From: a virus
Taxonomy: Duplodnaviria > Caudoviricetes
IMG/VR virus record: IMGVR_UViG_3300009788_000018
Coordinates: 1-56,833 of that record
Reading direction: 5' to 3' (one strand)
DNA: 56,833 nt
Shown here: one piece after another, positions 53,864-56,833 of the stretch
Layout: each line of letters begins with the position of its first letter
Position numbering within the stretch: the first letter of the stretch is position 1
The notes under the pieces: generated by a model
Seen by the model: the letters and a program-made list of their open reading frames with translations, nothing else
Told to the model about the DNA's origin: nothing
Database searches by the model: none
Made by a program: the position numbers and the translations under genes

Positions 53864-56710
53864 ATCTTCTCAATCGTAATAGTTCTACCCTCTGGAGCAG
53901 CTAGTGTTCCTCCAGGAGTTAAGGTTAGCTTGACAGTATTATTTCCAGACCTATCTGCTACTGGTATTAATAAGGCTAAAGGATCACCGATGCCATTTAT
54001 ACTAAGGGTTGTTTCTAAAATATCAGTTCCATCAATCTGCTCGAGTAAAGCAGTTATAGTTTCGATCATTTCTTCTTTTACAAAAGCTCCCCATAGTACT
54101 GAATTAAATCCCCCGACATTATAGCCCGATTGTCTGCTACACCAATTCCAATCAATAACCACATCATCTGTTGTATAGGTTGAGTACCCTTCTCTATATC
54201 TTATCCTCATCAGTGAGACAGGCAATGGTCTTTGATGAATCCCAAGTATAGTATGAGAAGAACTTGATACATCAGATATATCTTGTACATTATTTCCATA
54301 GAAGGTTAAAGCTTTTATAAAAACTGTTCGACCTATGTCTGACTCTGGGTAAGCTATGTTATAATCGACAGAGAGTGTTTTGAAAGTAGATCCAGGTCCA
54401 TGAGCTACAGGTTCAGTATTGAACAATCCTCTCATTAACTCAGATACTTCCCAAACTCCAGATCCTATCTCAGTTGAAACCTTGTAACCAATTACTTCAT
54501 TACCAATTAGGGCGATCTGTTTGTTCGAGAAGAAGTCGGCATCAGTAACAGTTGTGAGGTCAGTAACTATTCCTATATCTACCAAAAATGATTCATCTAC
54601 TTTGTGTACAATAGCAGTATGAGCATGCAGGCTAGAGGTCAATGTTCCCTGGCTATTAGAATCTCCACCTGTTACTCCATCGATCACTGCTTTGCCAAGT
54701 AGCTCGTACGATACATCATCATAGCTTCTGTAAACGTACCAGCCATTTGTATATATGTTCGTAGGAATCAGACTGAGGAAGAGAACAGCTGAGGTTCTAT
54801 GTTCAGAGTAAGCATACAAAGGAGAGGCTAGCAAATCTGTAAAGTCCGGATCGGGTATATGCTCAGTGTCCTGACCACGATAGCTAGTAAGATCGGGGTA
54901 CATATACGGTTGATCCTCAACTGCCTCTACTTGTAAACTCTTACCATCTTTAGCTTCAGAGATATTCAATATCCTGATTCGCTGGTTAACTATCTGACCT
55001 CCATCACTTAATGTACCTACATCACCTACCTCAACTAGCATATCATTATATGATAACACAAAAGCATAGTTTGAAAATCTGTAGAGAGCTTCGAACAACA
55101 TACGAAATGTAGTTCTCTGAGCTAGATTAGAATTCTTTATACCAGATAGATTGATTGTCTGCTTAACAATTTTATTTCTTTGCCGGATATCTGTTTCATC
55201 TTTAGCTACTGCAACCCCATTATCATATTCAGCAGACCTGTTCATCCATGCAACTTCTATCCGATTCTTGGTATCACTGTAAGGTCTCTTAGTAACTTGA
55301 ACTGGAGGTTTATTCTTTACAGTAGCTAAGTTATCTCTAGTTATAGTAAAGGTAGAGGAATCATTTCTGAAAACTCCAATGTTGATCTTACCCTCTGACA
55401 TAAATAGGTAGCCCTGGAAATGGCTGAGAACAAAATCAATATAATCTAGGACAGGCTTCTGTTCTTTTAATACAAAGCTGAACAACAAATCATTTGAGTT
55501 GCAGAAGTTTTCAATTCCATCAAAACTATCAGCATTTACAAAGCTGGTTGAGATCCCTGCTCCATAAATATTATTGGTCAGAAGATCGTAGATCAAGGTA
55601 GCTGGATTTAGATCTGATGCATAAGACTGAGTCACACGAGCTGGAAATTCGTGCATATAATATGAGGACGATGGACCTTCATAATCAGTTGACCAATCAG
55701 GGTCAATTGCTCCGGTGTAAGGATTAAATCGTTGCCATTGTTGTGAACCACTTAGACTATTTATATACAACCATCCTTTGTAGTATTTGCATATAATTCT
55801 TTGAATATTTTTATCACCAAGATTAGTAGTCCAAGCAATTGTTCCGTCTGGATTTAATTTCCTGATAAAACTAAAATCAGATACTGCTCCTGAGAATGAA
55901 CCGCTAAAGAAAAGGCTTCCATCAGGACGAACATCAAATCTATCACGAGTTGAAGCCCAGTTGTGGGGAATTTCTCCACTAGCTAGTCCGGCAGAACCAT
56001 CACCAAAAGTTCCGTAGCCAGTATCTAATTCAAGGCTTTCTGTTACTTCTCCAGTTAGAGGGTCAGTTGAGAATGATATCGTCAGTTTAGTAATAGCATT
56101 ACGCCATTCTCCGCTATAATTTTTTAAGGTATTCATGCAATAAATGTTACCTACGCTATCCTGTCGCATTCCAAAGCAATCATCGTTGACGGAATAAGTT
56201 GGACCATTTACGAAAGAGTATGCCGTCCCATCGTTTCCCCAACTAGTATCAATCGAACCATCGTCGGTATTTATCTTAACTAGATTGTAGATAATCTCTG
56301 AGCCTAGATTAGCATGGCGATTACAATAGTTTCCGGCCAGCAACATTTTCTTTTCATTGTCAAAGAATAATCCCTCAAAAATATTGTGTGGAAGTTTAAA
56401 ACCAACAACGGCGGCAGGTGGGCTTTCAGAATGAGTTCCCCATGCACTAACCCAATCATTATCCCACGTTATCAAATCCCAGTTTGCATCAGGAGCTGGT
56501 CCTGCATTAAAATTATCAACATAATTCCATAGCTCATTACCTTCAGAATCAAGCTTTCTTATCCCAGCAGCACAAGAAAAGAATGTGCTGTATCTATTGT
56601 CAGCCCACCACATAAGATAAATATTTCCTTCTCGGTCAACTCGTATGTTATTAGCACCATCTTCATGGGCGGTTGGATTATCCCAATGCCAAAGTTCTAC
56701 CCCATCTGGG
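53860..56710 (-). CDS. Tail tip / host-specificity protein, C-terminal part
   Basis: NPATLIYDLL...YGAG, EVGDV and RGLFNT motifs of phage tail-tip proteins; in frame with 833..1 (833+2851=3684 nt). Confidence 0.85.
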
Positions 56711-56833
56711 TCAAACTTCCAGACACCTGCGTCAGCAGTATCTGTAACATACAAATTACCGTCATCATCTTGATGAACAGCACCAATTACAATTCCAGCA
56801 CCTAAATCAATTCTTCCTGCAGTTCCCCAATCA
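56711..56833. repeat. Terminal direct repeat, identical to 1-123
   Basis: Exact 123-bp identity with window start. Confidence 0.95.

Overview
Complete circular ~56.7 kb tailed dsDNA phage genome, siphovirus-like. Bases 1-123 repeat exactly at 56711-56833, and the tail-tip gene runs across this junction. The minus strand (25871 down to 1, continuing 56710 down to 52787) carries RuvC, the terminases, a PBSX-type portal, MuF, XkdF protease/scaffold, the capsid, head-tail genes, a frameshifted tail chaperone, the tape measure and a GTA-type tail tip. The plus strand (26336-52483) carries small accessory genes, an SNF2 helicase, a nuclease/AAA/SSB recombination trio, a split primase-MCM helicase, a nucleotide-modification cluster (two thymidylate-synthase-like genes with the cytosine-type Asp, plus ThyX, dCMP deaminase and dUTPase/dCTPase), PolA and a probable early gene block. 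I found no integrase, tRNA, CRISPR array or clear endolysin. Two observations stand out. (1) A promoter-driven ~130-nt RNA at 48287-48417 has a terminator loop complementary to a conserved GGAGYAAGGCAA leader in front of 7-9 phage genes, a candidate trans-acting sRNA regulon. (2) A ~33-aa 'LRKLGHxGG' module is grafted onto five unrelated proteins, including the virion MuF protein. All family calls come from motif recognition by eye; no database searches were run.
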